This document shows positions 1 through 9,826 of a stretch of 64,000 nucleotides of DNA, piece after piece. The stretch spans positions 288,001 through 352,000 of the forward strand of contig CAWCAG010000009.1 of the NCBI GenBank assembly GCA_963793425.1, given 5' to 3'. Under the pieces are notes generated by a model. That model did not search any database, was not told where the DNA came from, and worked only from the letters and a program-made list of their open reading frames with translations. The stretch is from an uncultured cyanobacterium (GTDB lineage Bacteria; Cyanobacteriota; Cyanobacteriia; Cyanobacteriales; CAWCAG01). How positions within the stretch are numbered: position 1 is the first letter of the stretch; each line of letters begins with the position of its first letter. The position numbers were made by a program, and so were the translations under genes.

Positions 1-271
1 TACCTCCCAAATCCACTAATCCTTGAGTCACAGCGACAATGGCACTATCTGACTGACTTTGAGGTAAAAAAGTAATTTCAGCCCCTTCCTTTTGAGCTTC
101 GTAAGCAGCAACTAAACTTTTTAAGGCAGGATAAGTACTACCTGAACCTGTAATTTTAACTTCTTGCTGGGTTGCCACAACTCCTGTGGGTTGACTGGTT
201 TTGGGAGTACAGCTATTGATGGAAGTTGTACTAATTGCCAATAAAATTGTCCAAAAAATGTTTAGTTTCAT
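1..271 (-). CDS. PstS-like periplasmic substrate-binding lipoprotein (5' part only; runs off the window edge)
   Basis: Not in the ORF track. Manual translation from ATG 271 gives MKLNIFWTILLAISTTSINSCTPK...VKITGSGSTYPALKSLVAAYE...AIVAVTQGLVDLGG, with a lipoprotein-like signal and the I-x-GS-x-S/T motif of PstS/PBP proteins. Confidence 0.75.
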   Translation of the reverse strand, partial: MKLNIFWTILLAISTTSINSCTPKTSQPTGVVATQQEVKITGSGSTYPALKSLVAAYEAQKEGAEITFLPQSQSDSAIVAVTQGLVDLGG

Positions 272-412
272 GGTATTCAAATAAGGTTTTGGGTGAAAAT
301 TGCTAACTGACTAGTTGCTAATTGCTAATTGTCTTTGATGAACTAACAATCTCAGAACCTTCCCGCCTAAAATATATAGAGTATGTAGAGTTATGTTGAT
401 GCCACAAAACAG

Positions 413-2866
413 ATGAGCGAAAAGTTAGACTGGGTTGCCTTACAAAAAGCTCTCTCTGTAGAAGCAGAACGAGGTTTTTCTGATTTAATGGGAAATCGCT
501 ATCGCTTTAGTGAATTTCTGTGTTTGAATTTCGGTAAACGCCCTTTGGGTATGAATACAGAACAAAGAAGGCGGTGGCAGGAGCTTAGTGCCGATTTTGC
601 TCGCTATCCTAGCTTAAGCGTCACCCAAAGGCAACACGTAATCGCAGAAGCCAGAAGATTAATCCAGCAATTACAACAGCCTCCCAAAAAAGAAGATCCT
701 CAACCAAAAACTCCCCGTACTAATCCTGTAGTCGCAACTCAACAGGGCTATAGCTACAAAACCTTAACTTTAAATCAGCTTTTAAAAGAAGTTCCTAAAA
801 TTGGCAAACAAAAAAGTGCTTACCTCCAACGCCTCGGCTTAACCACAGTCAGAGACTTACTCTTTTACTACCCCCGTGACTATATTGATTATGCCCGTCA
901 AGTCAAAATAAAGGACCTCGAAGCTGGAGAAACCGTCACTATTCTGGGGGCAGTGAAGCGTTGTAATTGTTTTTCTAGTCCTAAAAATAAGAAGCTAACC
1001 ATTTTTGAATTAGTACTCAAAGATAACACCGGGCAAATTAAACTTAACCGTTTCTATGCCGGAATGCGCTACTCCAACCGAGGCTGGCAACATAAAATGA
1101 AGCGGCAATTTCCCAACGGTGCAATAGTTGCCGCTTCAGGGTTGGTGAAACAAAATAAATACGGATTTAACCTCGACACCCCAGAATTAGAGGTTATTGA
1201 CCACGCTGGGGCGAATATAGACTCTTTAAAAATAGGTAGGGTAGTTCCTGTTTATCCTTTAGCTGAGGGGGTAACAGCCGATGTGGTGAGGCGGGCCATC
1301 ATTGAGGTTTTACCAGCCATTAACCAAATTAAAGATCCTTTGCCCCCAGCTTTAATTAATTCCTATGGTTTCATGGGCTTGAAAGATGCCATTTGCCAAA
1401 TTCATTTCCCTGATAGTCAAGAAAGTCTTGCTTTAGCGAGGAGACGCTTAGTTTTTGATGAGTTTTTCTATCTCCAACTAGGTTTCCTTTCCCGTCGTCA
1501 ACAACAAAAGCAAAATCAAAGCAGTGCGGTTTTTTCCCCCACAGGTAAGCTAATTGAACAGTTTAACCAAATACTGCCCTTTGAATTAACCGATGCCCAA
1601 AAGCGAGTAACTAACGATGTCTTAGAAGAGTTACAATCCTCTACTCCCATGAATCGTTTAGTACAAGGGGATGTGGGTTCAGGAAAAACCGTTGTTTCTG
1701 TATTTGCTATTCTCACTGCCATTCAATCTGGCTATCAAGCAGCATTAATGGCTCCAACAGAAGTATTGGCAGAACAACATTATCGTAAACTAGTAAGCTG
1801 GTTCAACCTGTTGCATTTACCTGTAGAATTGCTGACAGGTTCAACCAAAGTTGCTAAACGTCGGGAAATTCATAACCAACTAGAAACAGGGGAACTTCCT
1901 TTATTAGTAGGAACCCATGCCTTAATTCAAGATCCGGTTAACTTCCAAAAACTCGGTTTAGTCGTCATTGATGAACAACATCGCTTTGGGGTACAACAAA
2001 GGGCGAGGTTATTAGATAAAGGAAAATCTCCCCACGTTCTCACCATGACAGCAACCCCTATTCCTCGTACCTTAGCTTTAACTTTACATGGGGATTTAGA
2101 TGTTTCGCAAATTGATGAACTTCCCCCAGGCAGGCAACCAATTCAAACCACAGTCTTAGCCGGGAAACAACGGCGAGATGCCTATGATTTAATTCGTCGA
2201 GAAATTGCCCAAGGCAGGCAATGTTATGTTATTTTACCCTTAATTGAAGAATCAGAAAAGCTGGATGTACGTTCAGCGGTGGAAGAGCAAGTTAAGTTAC
2301 AAGAAACTATCTTTCCTGAATTTAAAGTTGGTTTACTCCATGGGCGCATGAGTTCCGCCGATAAAGATGAATCCCTCAATGCTTTTCGGGATAATGCAAC
2401 TCAAATAATTGTTTCTACTACAGTTATTGAAGTGGGGGTAGATGTTCCTAACGCTACGGTAATGTTAATTGAAAATGCTGAACGCTTCGGCTTATCGCAG
2501 TTGCATCAATTAAGGGGAAGAGTCGGCCGTGGTTCCCACAAATCCTACTGTTTGTTGATGAGTAGTAGTAAAAATCCTGATGCACGACAGCGTTTGCAAG
2601 TGTTGGAACAATCCCAAGATGGCTTCTTTATTTCCGAGATGGATATGCGTTTTCGTGGTCCCGGAGAGGTTTTGGGGAAACGCCAATCTGGTTTACCAGA
2701 CTTCGCTTTAGCCAGTTTAGTTGAAGATAAAGAGGTTTTAGTTATTGCCAGAGAAGCAGCAGAAAAGTTGATGTTAGCAGATAAAAGTTTGGGGCATTGG
2801 TCTTCTTTACGTCAAGAGTTAAAGGAACGATATGAACGTATGAGTAGTGGTGTAGTTTTAACTTAA
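413..2866 (+). CDS. recG: ATP-dependent DNA helicase RecG
   Basis: 817 aa; wedge domain, QGDVGSGKT, DEQH, MTATPIPRTL and QLRGRVGR motifs; cyanobacterial N-terminal extension. Confidence 0.97.
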   Translation: MSEKLDWVALQKALSVEAERGFSDLMGNRYRFSEFLCLNFGKRPLGMNTEQRRRWQELSADFARYPSLSVTQRQHVIAEARRLIQQLQQPPKKEDPQPKTPRTNPVVATQQGYSYKTLTLNQLLKEVPKIGKQKSAYLQRLGLTTVRDLLFYYPRDYIDYARQVKIKDLEAGETVTILGAVKRCNCFSSPKNKKLTIFELVLKDNTGQIKLNRFYAGMRYSNRGWQHKMKRQFPNGAIVAASGLVKQNKYGFNLDTPELEVIDHAGANIDSLKIGRVVPVYPLAEGVTADVVRRAIIEVLPAINQIKDPLPPALINSYGFMGLKDAICQIHFPDSQESLALARRRLVFDEFFYLQLGFLSRRQQQKQNQSSAVFSPTGKLIEQFNQILPFELTDAQKRVTNDVLEELQSSTPMNRLVQGDVGSGKTVVSVFAILTAIQSGYQAALMAPTEVLAEQHYRKLVSWFNLLHLPVELLTGSTKVAKRREIHNQLETGELPLLVGTHALIQDPVNFQKLGLVVIDEQHRFGVQQRARLLDKGKSPHVLTMTATPIPRTLALTLHGDLDVSQIDELPPGRQPIQTTVLAGKQRRDAYDLIRREIAQGRQCYVILPLIEESEKLDVRSAVEEQVKLQETIFPEFKVGLLHGRMSSADKDESLNAFRDNATQIIVSTTVIEVGVDVPNATVMLIENAERFGLSQLHQLRGRVGRGSHKSYCLLMSSSKNPDARQRLQVLEQSQDGFFISEMDMRFRGPGEVLGKRQSGLPDFALASLVEDKEVLVIAREAAEKLMLADKSLGHWSSLRQELKERYERMSSGVVLT

Positions 2867-3113
2867 TGCTGAATATCTAAATAACTTTAAATATACATTG
2901 AGTAGAGAAATATTGTTTGTTTAAACTAGACTAAAAACCGATTTATTTTAGTGATTAATCCTGATACCTGTTGCTAAATTGTGTATAAATTAATTTGAGT
3001 TATTCTTTCTCTAAAAATAGCAACAGAAAACTAAATAAAAACTCTCGATATTGCTCTAACAATTTAATCTAGTTGGCACTATACTAAGTTAGCTACTTAA
3101 TAACAAGTAACCT

Positions 3114-3458
3114 ATGGATATACCTGTTAAATCAAGCTACCTGCTAATTCAAGATGCGAATATTCATTATCTCGAAGCAGGAAAAATTGATGCTCCTAGT
3201 GTAGTTTTCCTCCATGGAGCCACTTTTAGCGCCAAAACTTGGGAAGAAATTGGTAGTCTAGAAATATTAGCTGAAAAAGGTTATAGAGCGATCGCCGTAG
3301 ATTTGCCTGGTTGTGGTGACTCAGAAAGTTTATCGACAGGGGCTTTACAGGAATTCATTCAGGAATTTATTGCTAAACTCAGTCTTAATTTACCAATTTT
3401 AGTAGCCCCTTCTATGAGCGGAGGGTATAGTCTTCCTTTTATGGTTTGGCGTTATTGA
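3114..3458 (+). pseudogene. Truncated alpha/beta hydrolase (ABHD14-like)
   Basis: FLHGA, AVDLPG and the nucleophile elbow PSMSG are present, but the ORF ends at 114 aa before the catalytic Asp/His region. Confidence 0.6.
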
Positions 3459-3655
3459 TCTTATATCCTAGGAATTAATATCAGATTTTTTTATTAAATA
3501 AATAAGGCAATTACCCCAAACCAACCCAGTAAAGTTGCTATCATAACAGCCATGTAAGCTAGTGTATTCCTGGTCAGAAATTATCTCCAGTTAAGTAAAA
3601 AGCTCCCCTCTTCCCCATCTAGCCTGTCAAACAACCAACTTCAAAAATATATTTT

Positions 3656-5293
3656 ATGAAAGTTTTACTTCTTTATCCTTTATTTCCCAAAAGTTTCTGG
3701 TCTTTTGAAAAAACCATAGGTTTGCTTGGACATAAAGCGATGATTCCTCCTTTAGGATTAATAACCATAGCGGCTATCCTGCCTCAAGAATGGGAATATA
3801 GGTTAGTTGACCGTAACGTGGGGGATATCACTGAAGCTGATTGGGAATGGTGTGATTTAGTCATTCTTTCAGCAATGATTGTGCAAAAAGAAGACTTATT
3901 AAATCAAGTTAAAGAAGCAAAAAGAAGAAATAAGAAAGTAGCAGCCGGGGGACCTTATGTTACGGCTTTATCAGAGGAAGTCAAAGCAGTTGGGACAGAT
4001 TATCTCATTTTGGACGAAGGGGAAATTACCATACCCCTATTTGTTGAAGCCCTAGCTAGGGGAGAAACTTCAGGAACATTTAGTGCCGAAGGAGTAAAAC
4101 CTGATGTTGGTATCACTCCGATTCCTCGCTTTGAACTGTTGGATTTTGATGCCTATGCAGAAATGGCAGTACAGTTTTCTAGGGGTTGCCCTTTTCAGTG
4201 TGAATTTTGCGATATCATTGTTCTCTACGGCCGCAAACCCCGCACCAAAACACCAAAACAGCTAATTGCTGAACTAGAAAGACTCTACGAACTAGGTTGG
4301 CGGCGTAGCATTTTTATGGTGGATGATAACTTCATCGGCAATAAACGCAACGTTAAACTATTGCTGAGGGAGTTGCAACCTTGGATGGAAGAGCGTGGCT
4401 ATCCCTTTTCTATTAGTACAGAAGCCTCTGTAGACTTAGCCAACGATCAAGAATTGATGGATCTTATGACTGCTTGTGGTTTTGGGGCAGTTTTCTTGGG
4501 TATTGAAACTCCCGACGAAGGAAGTTTAGCAATCACTCAGAAATTTCAGAATACGAGAGATCCTCTCAGCGAATCCGTAGAGAAAATTGTCAAATCTGGT
4601 TTGCGAGTTATGGCTGGATTTATTATTGGCTTTGATGGGGAAAAAGCTGGGGCAGGGGAGCGCATTGTTGAATTTGTGGAAAAAACCACCATCCCCACTG
4701 GGGTTTTCAGTATGTTACAAGCCTTGCCTGATACTGCCCTGTGGCATCGCCTCAAAAAAGAAGGTAGGCTGCAAGAAGAGTCAGCCAATATTAACCAAAC
4801 AACCTTAATGAACTTTGTTCCTACCCGCCCTATTGAAGATATTGCCAAGGAATATGTACAAGCATTTTGGGATTTATACGAACCAAAAAACTTTTTAGAG
4901 CGGACTTATCGCCACTACCGCATTTTAGGAGAAGCCCCTTGCCATAAGCAACGTCAGCTCAAAAAGAAGGATAGTACCAAGATTTCTAAGGGGAAAAAGC
5001 AGTCCACAGCGAAGCTACTCAAAGCTATGCTGATTATCTTTTGGCAACAGGGAGTGGTACGGGATACCCGTTGGAAGTTTTGGCCTTATCTGTTTAGTAT
5101 GTGGAAGCATAATCGTGGAGGCATAGGCAGTTATCTAAGTGTTTGCGCCCAGATTGAACATTTTGTTGAGTATCGTCAAGAGGTAAAAGAACAAATTGAA
5201 TCCCAATTAGCAGCGTTTTTAGCCGAAGAAGAGAAATTAAAAATTAAGGTGGTTGAAAAAGAAAAAGAAGAAAGCCTTAAGGCGATCGCTTGA
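3656..5293 (+). CDS. B12-binding radical SAM protein (DUF4070 C-terminus)
   Basis: N-terminal cobalamin-binding region (PPLGL, GGPY), CPFQCEFC radical SAM motif, VDDNFIGN. Confidence 0.9.
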   Translation: MKVLLLYPLFPKSFWSFEKTIGLLGHKAMIPPLGLITIAAILPQEWEYRLVDRNVGDITEADWEWCDLVILSAMIVQKEDLLNQVKEAKRRNKKVAAGGPYVTALSEEVKAVGTDYLILDEGEITIPLFVEALARGETSGTFSAEGVKPDVGITPIPRFELLDFDAYAEMAVQFSRGCPFQCEFCDIIVLYGRKPRTKTPKQLIAELERLYELGWRRSIFMVDDNFIGNKRNVKLLLRELQPWMEERGYPFSISTEASVDLANDQELMDLMTACGFGAVFLGIETPDEGSLAITQKFQNTRDPLSESVEKIVKSGLRVMAGFIIGFDGEKAGAGERIVEFVEKTTIPTGVFSMLQALPDTALWHRLKKEGRLQEESANINQTTLMNFVPTRPIEDIAKEYVQAFWDLYEPKNFLERTYRHYRILGEAPCHKQRQLKKKDSTKISKGKKQSTAKLLKAMLIIFWQQGVVRDTRWKFWPYLFSMWKHNRGGIGSYLSVCAQIEHFVEYRQEVKEQIESQLAAFLAEEEKLKIKVVEKEKEESLKAIA

Positions 5294-5423
5294 TTAAATA
5301 ATGCTAATGGCTAGTGGCTAGTAGCTAGTGGCTAATTGTTTGACTTATTCATCTTCCTGACCCATAAAATTGTTAGGGAGATGTTTTGTTAGAATCGTAC
5401 TGAGTAATTTGGTAAGTTTAGCC

Positions 5424-6092
5424 ATGAAAGAGGGCAATGCAGAAAAAATGAACTTAAAAGAAGTTCATCGGCTGTTGGGATGGCAAAAACACTCAACAAT
5501 GGGCAAATATGAAGATATACTTTCCTTGGAACCATTAACGGAATTTGAACAAGGGGAATTAACCCAGATTGCCAGAGATTTTGAGCGTTACTTAAATGCA
5601 GATAAAGTCTCAGAAGGACTCATTAAAGCCCTAACCACCTTTCCTCTGCTGCGATTAGCTGGATTCTATCGTGTTCCCGTAGAGTTGAAACTTGAAGAAG
5701 CAATTGCGTGTATTGAAGTTGAAGATGAAGAGACAATTATCACAGGACGCTTTGATATTTTAGCAATTAATCCGAACCAAATCCCCGATGAACAAGTCTT
5801 TTGGATGCTTATTATCGAAGCCAAGAATAGTTCTATTGAGCTTAGGGCCGGGTTATCTCAACTTTTAGTCTATACCTATAGTAGCTTGAAGTTTCAATCT
5901 GAAACTTGGGGAATGCTAACTAACGGCATTAATTATCAATTTGTTCATTGCCAAAGTGGTACATATCCTCTGTATCAACTTTTCCCTCCCCTACATTTAT
6001 TTGAGGGCGATCGCGCGGTGCAAATTCTTCAAAGCCTTAAAGCAATTTGTCAGTTACAAAAACCCCTAACTAATGCCATACTTGCTTCCTGA
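5424..6092 (+). CDS. Type I restriction enzyme R N-terminal-like (PD-(D/E)XK) protein
   Basis: GRFDILA...IIEAK...QLLVY...WGMLTNG motif pattern typical of this stand-alone cyanobacterial family; start uncertain. Confidence 0.75.
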   Translation: MKEGNAEKMNLKEVHRLLGWQKHSTMGKYEDILSLEPLTEFEQGELTQIARDFERYLNADKVSEGLIKALTTFPLLRLAGFYRVPVELKLEEAIACIEVEDEETIITGRFDILAINPNQIPDEQVFWMLIIEAKNSSIELRAGLSQLLVYTYSSLKFQSETWGMLTNGINYQFVHCQSGTYPLYQLFPPLHLFEGDRAVQILQSLKAICQLQKPLTNAILAS

Positions 6093-6254
6093 AAGTGAAA
6101 CAGTATTATTAGCCCATACTTCAGTTTTTGGCATCCTCTTTAAGGATAAATAGACAGTTTCTCACAAGTTAATTTACAATCACTAGAGACAGATGTACTA
6201 GGACAAATCATTTAATTAAGCTAACGAAGTATAGTTAAATGCCTTGAACCTATT

Positions 6255-7769
6255 ATGATCTCTTTACCTGGAAAACCAGCCTCTTTTTGGATTGATTCTA
6301 CATTAGAAACTAATTATCCCACTTTAATTAATGATGTTAGCGTTGATGTCGCTATTGTGGGAGGGGGAATTGCTGGTATAACCGCAGCCATGCTGCTAAA
6401 ACAAGCTGGCAAAACCGTTGCAATTGTGGAAGCAGAGAGTATTGCCACAGGAGTTAGCGGACATACGACAGCGAAAGTTACTTCCTTGCATCAACTTATT
6501 TATGCTGACTTAATTAAAGAGTTTGGTGAAGATAAAGCCAGGATTTACGCCGAATCTAACCAAGCCGGGGTTGAACAAGTAGCTGACTTGGTTGCCCAAG
6601 AAGGGATTGATTGTGACTTTAGTCGCCAAAGTACTTATACCTTCGCTGATTCGGCTAAGCATCTTGACAAAATTGAAGCTGAATGTGAAGCTGCTTTGAA
6701 AGTTGGGCTTCCGGCTTCTTTTGTCAAAGAATCTTCCTTGCCTTTTGATATTGTCGGGGCTGTTAAAGTAGACAATCAAGCCCAGTTTCATGTTCGCAAG
6801 TATCTACTGCATCTAGCTGATAAAATTGCTGGTGATGGTAGTTATATTTTTGAGAATTCTAGAGTAGAAAAGGTTGAAGAAGGTGCGCCTTGTGAGGTAA
6901 TGACTAGCCAAGGGAAGGTAAAAGCCCAAGATGTTCTCGTTACAACTAATTTGCCGATTCTCGATCAAGGACTTTTCTTTGCTAAATCCTATCCTAAACG
7001 TTCTTATATTATTGGTGCAGCAATTGACCCAGAGAAAGCACCAGAAGGAATGTTTATTGGCGTAGGGGATAACTACCACTCTATTCGCACTACCCCTTAC
7101 CAAGGAGGTAAACTACTCCTTATTGGTGGCGAAGGACATAAAGTCGGGGCTATTTCTAATACCGAAGAAAAATACCTTGCTTTAGAAGAATATGGACGTT
7201 CTCACTTTGGTATTGACAAATTTGACTATCGTTGGTCTAGTCAGGATATGGTTTCTTTTGATAAGTTACCTTATATTGGCAAACTGACCCCAGCTAACAA
7301 ACATATCTACGTTGCCACAGGGTTTAGTCTTTGGGGCATGAGTAAAGGTACAATGGCAGGAATGTTGCTGAAAGATTTGGTTTTAGGACAAGAAAATTCT
7401 TGGGCTGATCTTTATGAAGCTACCCGCGCAACTCCTTTTGTAACCAAAGAGTCTTTGAAAAACAATGCTGAGGTAGGATTAAATTGGATTGGCGATCGCC
7501 TAAAAGCCCTGAAAAATCCTTCCTTAGCTGATGTGGGTGTTGGAGAAGGTAAAATCGTTCTTGTAGACAAAGAACCTACAGCAGTTTATAAAGATGAACA
7601 AGGGGAAATCCATGCAGTTTCTCCTGTTTGTACTCATTTAGCTTGCATTGTTAACTGGAATAGTGCCGAAAAGAGTTGGGATTGTCCTTGTCATGGTGCG
7701 CGTTTTAGTTGCGAAGGTAAAGTGCTTCAAGGGCCAGCAGTTACAGATTTAGAAAAGAAAGTTATTTAG
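6255..7769 (+). CDS. FAD-dependent oxidoreductase with C-terminal Rieske 2Fe-2S domain
   Basis: GGGIAG FAD-binding motif; CTHLAC and WDCPCHG Rieske motifs. Confidence 0.92.
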   Translation: MISLPGKPASFWIDSTLETNYPTLINDVSVDVAIVGGGIAGITAAMLLKQAGKTVAIVEAESIATGVSGHTTAKVTSLHQLIYADLIKEFGEDKARIYAESNQAGVEQVADLVAQEGIDCDFSRQSTYTFADSAKHLDKIEAECEAALKVGLPASFVKESSLPFDIVGAVKVDNQAQFHVRKYLLHLADKIAGDGSYIFENSRVEKVEEGAPCEVMTSQGKVKAQDVLVTTNLPILDQGLFFAKSYPKRSYIIGAAIDPEKAPEGMFIGVGDNYHSIRTTPYQGGKLLLIGGEGHKVGAISNTEEKYLALEEYGRSHFGIDKFDYRWSSQDMVSFDKLPYIGKLTPANKHIYVATGFSLWGMSKGTMAGMLLKDLVLGQENSWADLYEATRATPFVTKESLKNNAEVGLNWIGDRLKALKNPSLADVGVGEGKIVLVDKEPTAVYKDEQGEIHAVSPVCTHLACIVNWNSAEKSWDCPCHGARFSCEGKVLQGPAVTDLEKKVI

Positions 7770-7805
7770 GTTAATTACCACTGAATTCAGCATAATAAAA
7801 TAATT

Positions 7806-7855
7806 ACCAACATTGCTACTTTAAAACATCAAAAAGCTAGTAATGTTGGTTTTTT
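7806..7855 (+). terminator. Probable intrinsic terminator
   Basis: accaacattgcta...tagtaatgttggt inverted repeat followed by a T run, downstream of the oxidoreductase. Confidence 0.55.
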
Positions 7856-8072
7856 AATAGAAGGCTTGATTTATTTCAGTAGATAGTTGGTCATATCAAG
7901 TAATTAAAACCAACGAAATTTCCCTTCTTTCAAATTATCAAGCAACTCTTACGTAAATATTCTTACATTTATTTTTTTAATGAAGTTGCTTTATTGCTAT
8001 TTACTTTGTGGGGGATATAACCATAACATAATTATGAGGCAAGTGAAAGCAAAAATTTATACAAAAAAAATA

Positions 8073-8960
8073 ATGAGACTACTTAGAAAAACTGTACTCA
8101 ACAAAATTACCCTCGCCACTACTGCTGGCACTTTTTTCTGTATTGGGGCAATAGCTAATTCTGCTGAGGCGGCTAGTTTCAACTTTTCTTACACTTTTCA
8201 GAATAAGGAGGATGTTCTCAGTGGGATCTTAGAAGGGGAAGTTCAAGCAGATAATGATACAGTTATCGTTTCTGAGATCACTATGCCTAGCTTAAATGGT
8301 GATTTAGGCCCCGACTTACCTTTCGTAGATTCTATAGTTGAAATTGTTTCAACACTTGATCTACCTACCTTAATTAGATTACTCAGTTCAGACTCACCTT
8401 CTTTTGGATCTCTAGTTGACCTTACAGCAGCGCCTTTAGGAAATCCAAAGGTTAGCTTCAGTGGTCAGGTTATGGATATTATTACCTGTTCCCTTCCAGA
8501 GTGTGATGACGGCTTTGTGTTTGAAAGTGGCGGCTTAATTGGTGCGCCTTTATTCAGTAGCAGTCCATCTTACGGTAATAGTCCTGCTGAAACCTACGAT
8601 CCAAGCAGATGGCAGCTTACTGCTAACACACCAACTCCAACTCCGACTCCAACTCCAACTCCAACTCCAACTCCAACTCCAACTCCAACTCCAACCCCGA
8701 CTCCAACTCCAACTCCAACTCCAACCCCGACTCCAACTCCAACTCCAACCCCGACTCCAACTCCAACTCCAACCCCGACTCCAACTCCAACTCCAACCCC
8801 GACTCCAACTCCGACTCCAACACCAACACCAACACCAACACCAACACCAACACCTGAACCAACTTCCGTACCTGAACCAGCTTCAATACTAAGTCTTCTG
8901 GCTATGGGTACTTTAGGTGTTGCTTCTAAGTTGAAGGGCAGCAAAAAGAAAAAGCCTTAA
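8073..8960 (+). CDS. PEP-CTERM exosortase-target surface protein with Pro-Thr linker
   Basis: Signal peptide ending AEAAS, (PT)n tract, VPEP + transmembrane helix + basic tail; start uncertain. Confidence 0.9.
   Translation: MRLLRKTVLNKITLATTAGTFFCIGAIANSAEAASFNFSYTFQNKEDVLSGILEGEVQADNDTVIVSEITMPSLNGDLGPDLPFVDSIVEIVSTLDLPTLIRLLSSDSPSFGSLVDLTAAPLGNPKVSFSGQVMDIITCSLPECDDGFVFESGGLIGAPLFSSSPSYGNSPAETYDPSRWQLTANTPTPTPTPTPTPTPTPTPTPTPTPTPTPTPTPTPTPTPTPTPTPTPTPTPTPTPTPTPTPTPTPTPTPTPTPTPTPEPTSVPEPASILSLLAMGTLGVASKLKGSKKKKP
8628..8856 (+). repeat. Hexamer tandem repeat (ccaact and variants), about 38 units, encoding (PT)n
   Basis: Directly visible. Confidence 0.95.
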
Positions 8961-9069
8961 TTATTTAGATACTTAGCGGGCAAACATCAGGATGTATATT
9001 TCATTGCGTTGCAAAACTCTTGGGCTGCCTCCAACCGAGAAGTTTGCCCCATCAAAACACAACGGGTAA

Positions 9070-9700
9070 TTGACATCCTCCCCGACCTATTCGCGTAGCG
9101 TTGCCGCAGGCTAAGGTACGGGGATTCCCTATCTACCCAAACAACGACAGTTGCACGGGTTCTAGTTGGGTTGACGTTTCACAGGTTGCTGCTACAGTTG
9201 TAGTATAGCTGCCTACCTCCACGTCCGTTTCTTGCTCCGCGTTCCCTTGGGTCTTTCGGCGGCGCGGGTTCGGTGCGCTTTAGAGTCTCAGGGTGTCCCC
9301 CCGCGACTAAGATATTTACAGCAGCATTTACAGAAGGTCGCCTATCTTAGCTATGTATACTTTGTTTCCCTTGAGTCGGAATCCTGATTTGGTGAAGCTA
9401 GCAGCTTGCTTATTGCTTCGCTTCTTAAACCTGGGAGGCTTGATCTTGGTTCCCTTTCTTTTGCCTTGCAGGGAGTTAAAAAAGTTCTTATATGCTGTAG
9501 AAAGGTTTTTTAATGACTGCTGTAACGAGACTGCTGAGACTTGGTTTAGCCATTTCCTTTCTTCTGTCTTTTTTGTTTGGGTTAATCGTTTACATAAACT
9601 GTTGTAGCTTAAGGCTTTTCTACTACTTTTGCACAAAGCAACTGCATCGTTCCAAACTACACGAGTACAGCCAAACAGTTGAGCAAGTTTTTGTGTTTGG
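9070..9700 (-). mobile_element. Deleted IS200/IS605 (tnpB) remnant retaining right end, omegaRNA region and N-terminal TnpB fragment
   Basis: Right end ttgacatcctcccc and hairpin match 32515. Translation QLFGCTRVVWNDA...KVYIAKIGD is joined at about 9333 to NAAVNILVAGGHPET; RuvC core and left end are missing. Confidence 0.9.
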
Positions 9701-9826
9701 TAAATGTGCTAAAATCAAGGGAGAAAATCAAATAATTTTAAGCAGTTTAGGGCGAAAGTAAAAGCTTTTCGCCGTATTTGTAGTATTTAACTGAATTATT
9801 TTCAATTTAATGGAGTTTTAAACCCT

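Noticed and set aside
8539..8944. ORFs with (LQ)n, (GV)n and (LE)n tracts
   Set aside because: Alternative frames of the PT-encoding hexamer repeat.
8978..9049. gggcaaac...gtttgccc inverted repeat as a c-di-GMP-type riboswitch
   Set aside because: Only an 8-bp stem; the other consensus elements are missing and it does not lie in a 5' UTR. It may be a terminator or a remnant of the gene hit by the IS.
9328..9636. TnpB fragment as a TldR-like domesticated repressor
   Set aside because: It lacks its start and the whole RuvC region, whereas TldRs are near full length with point-mutated catalytic residues.
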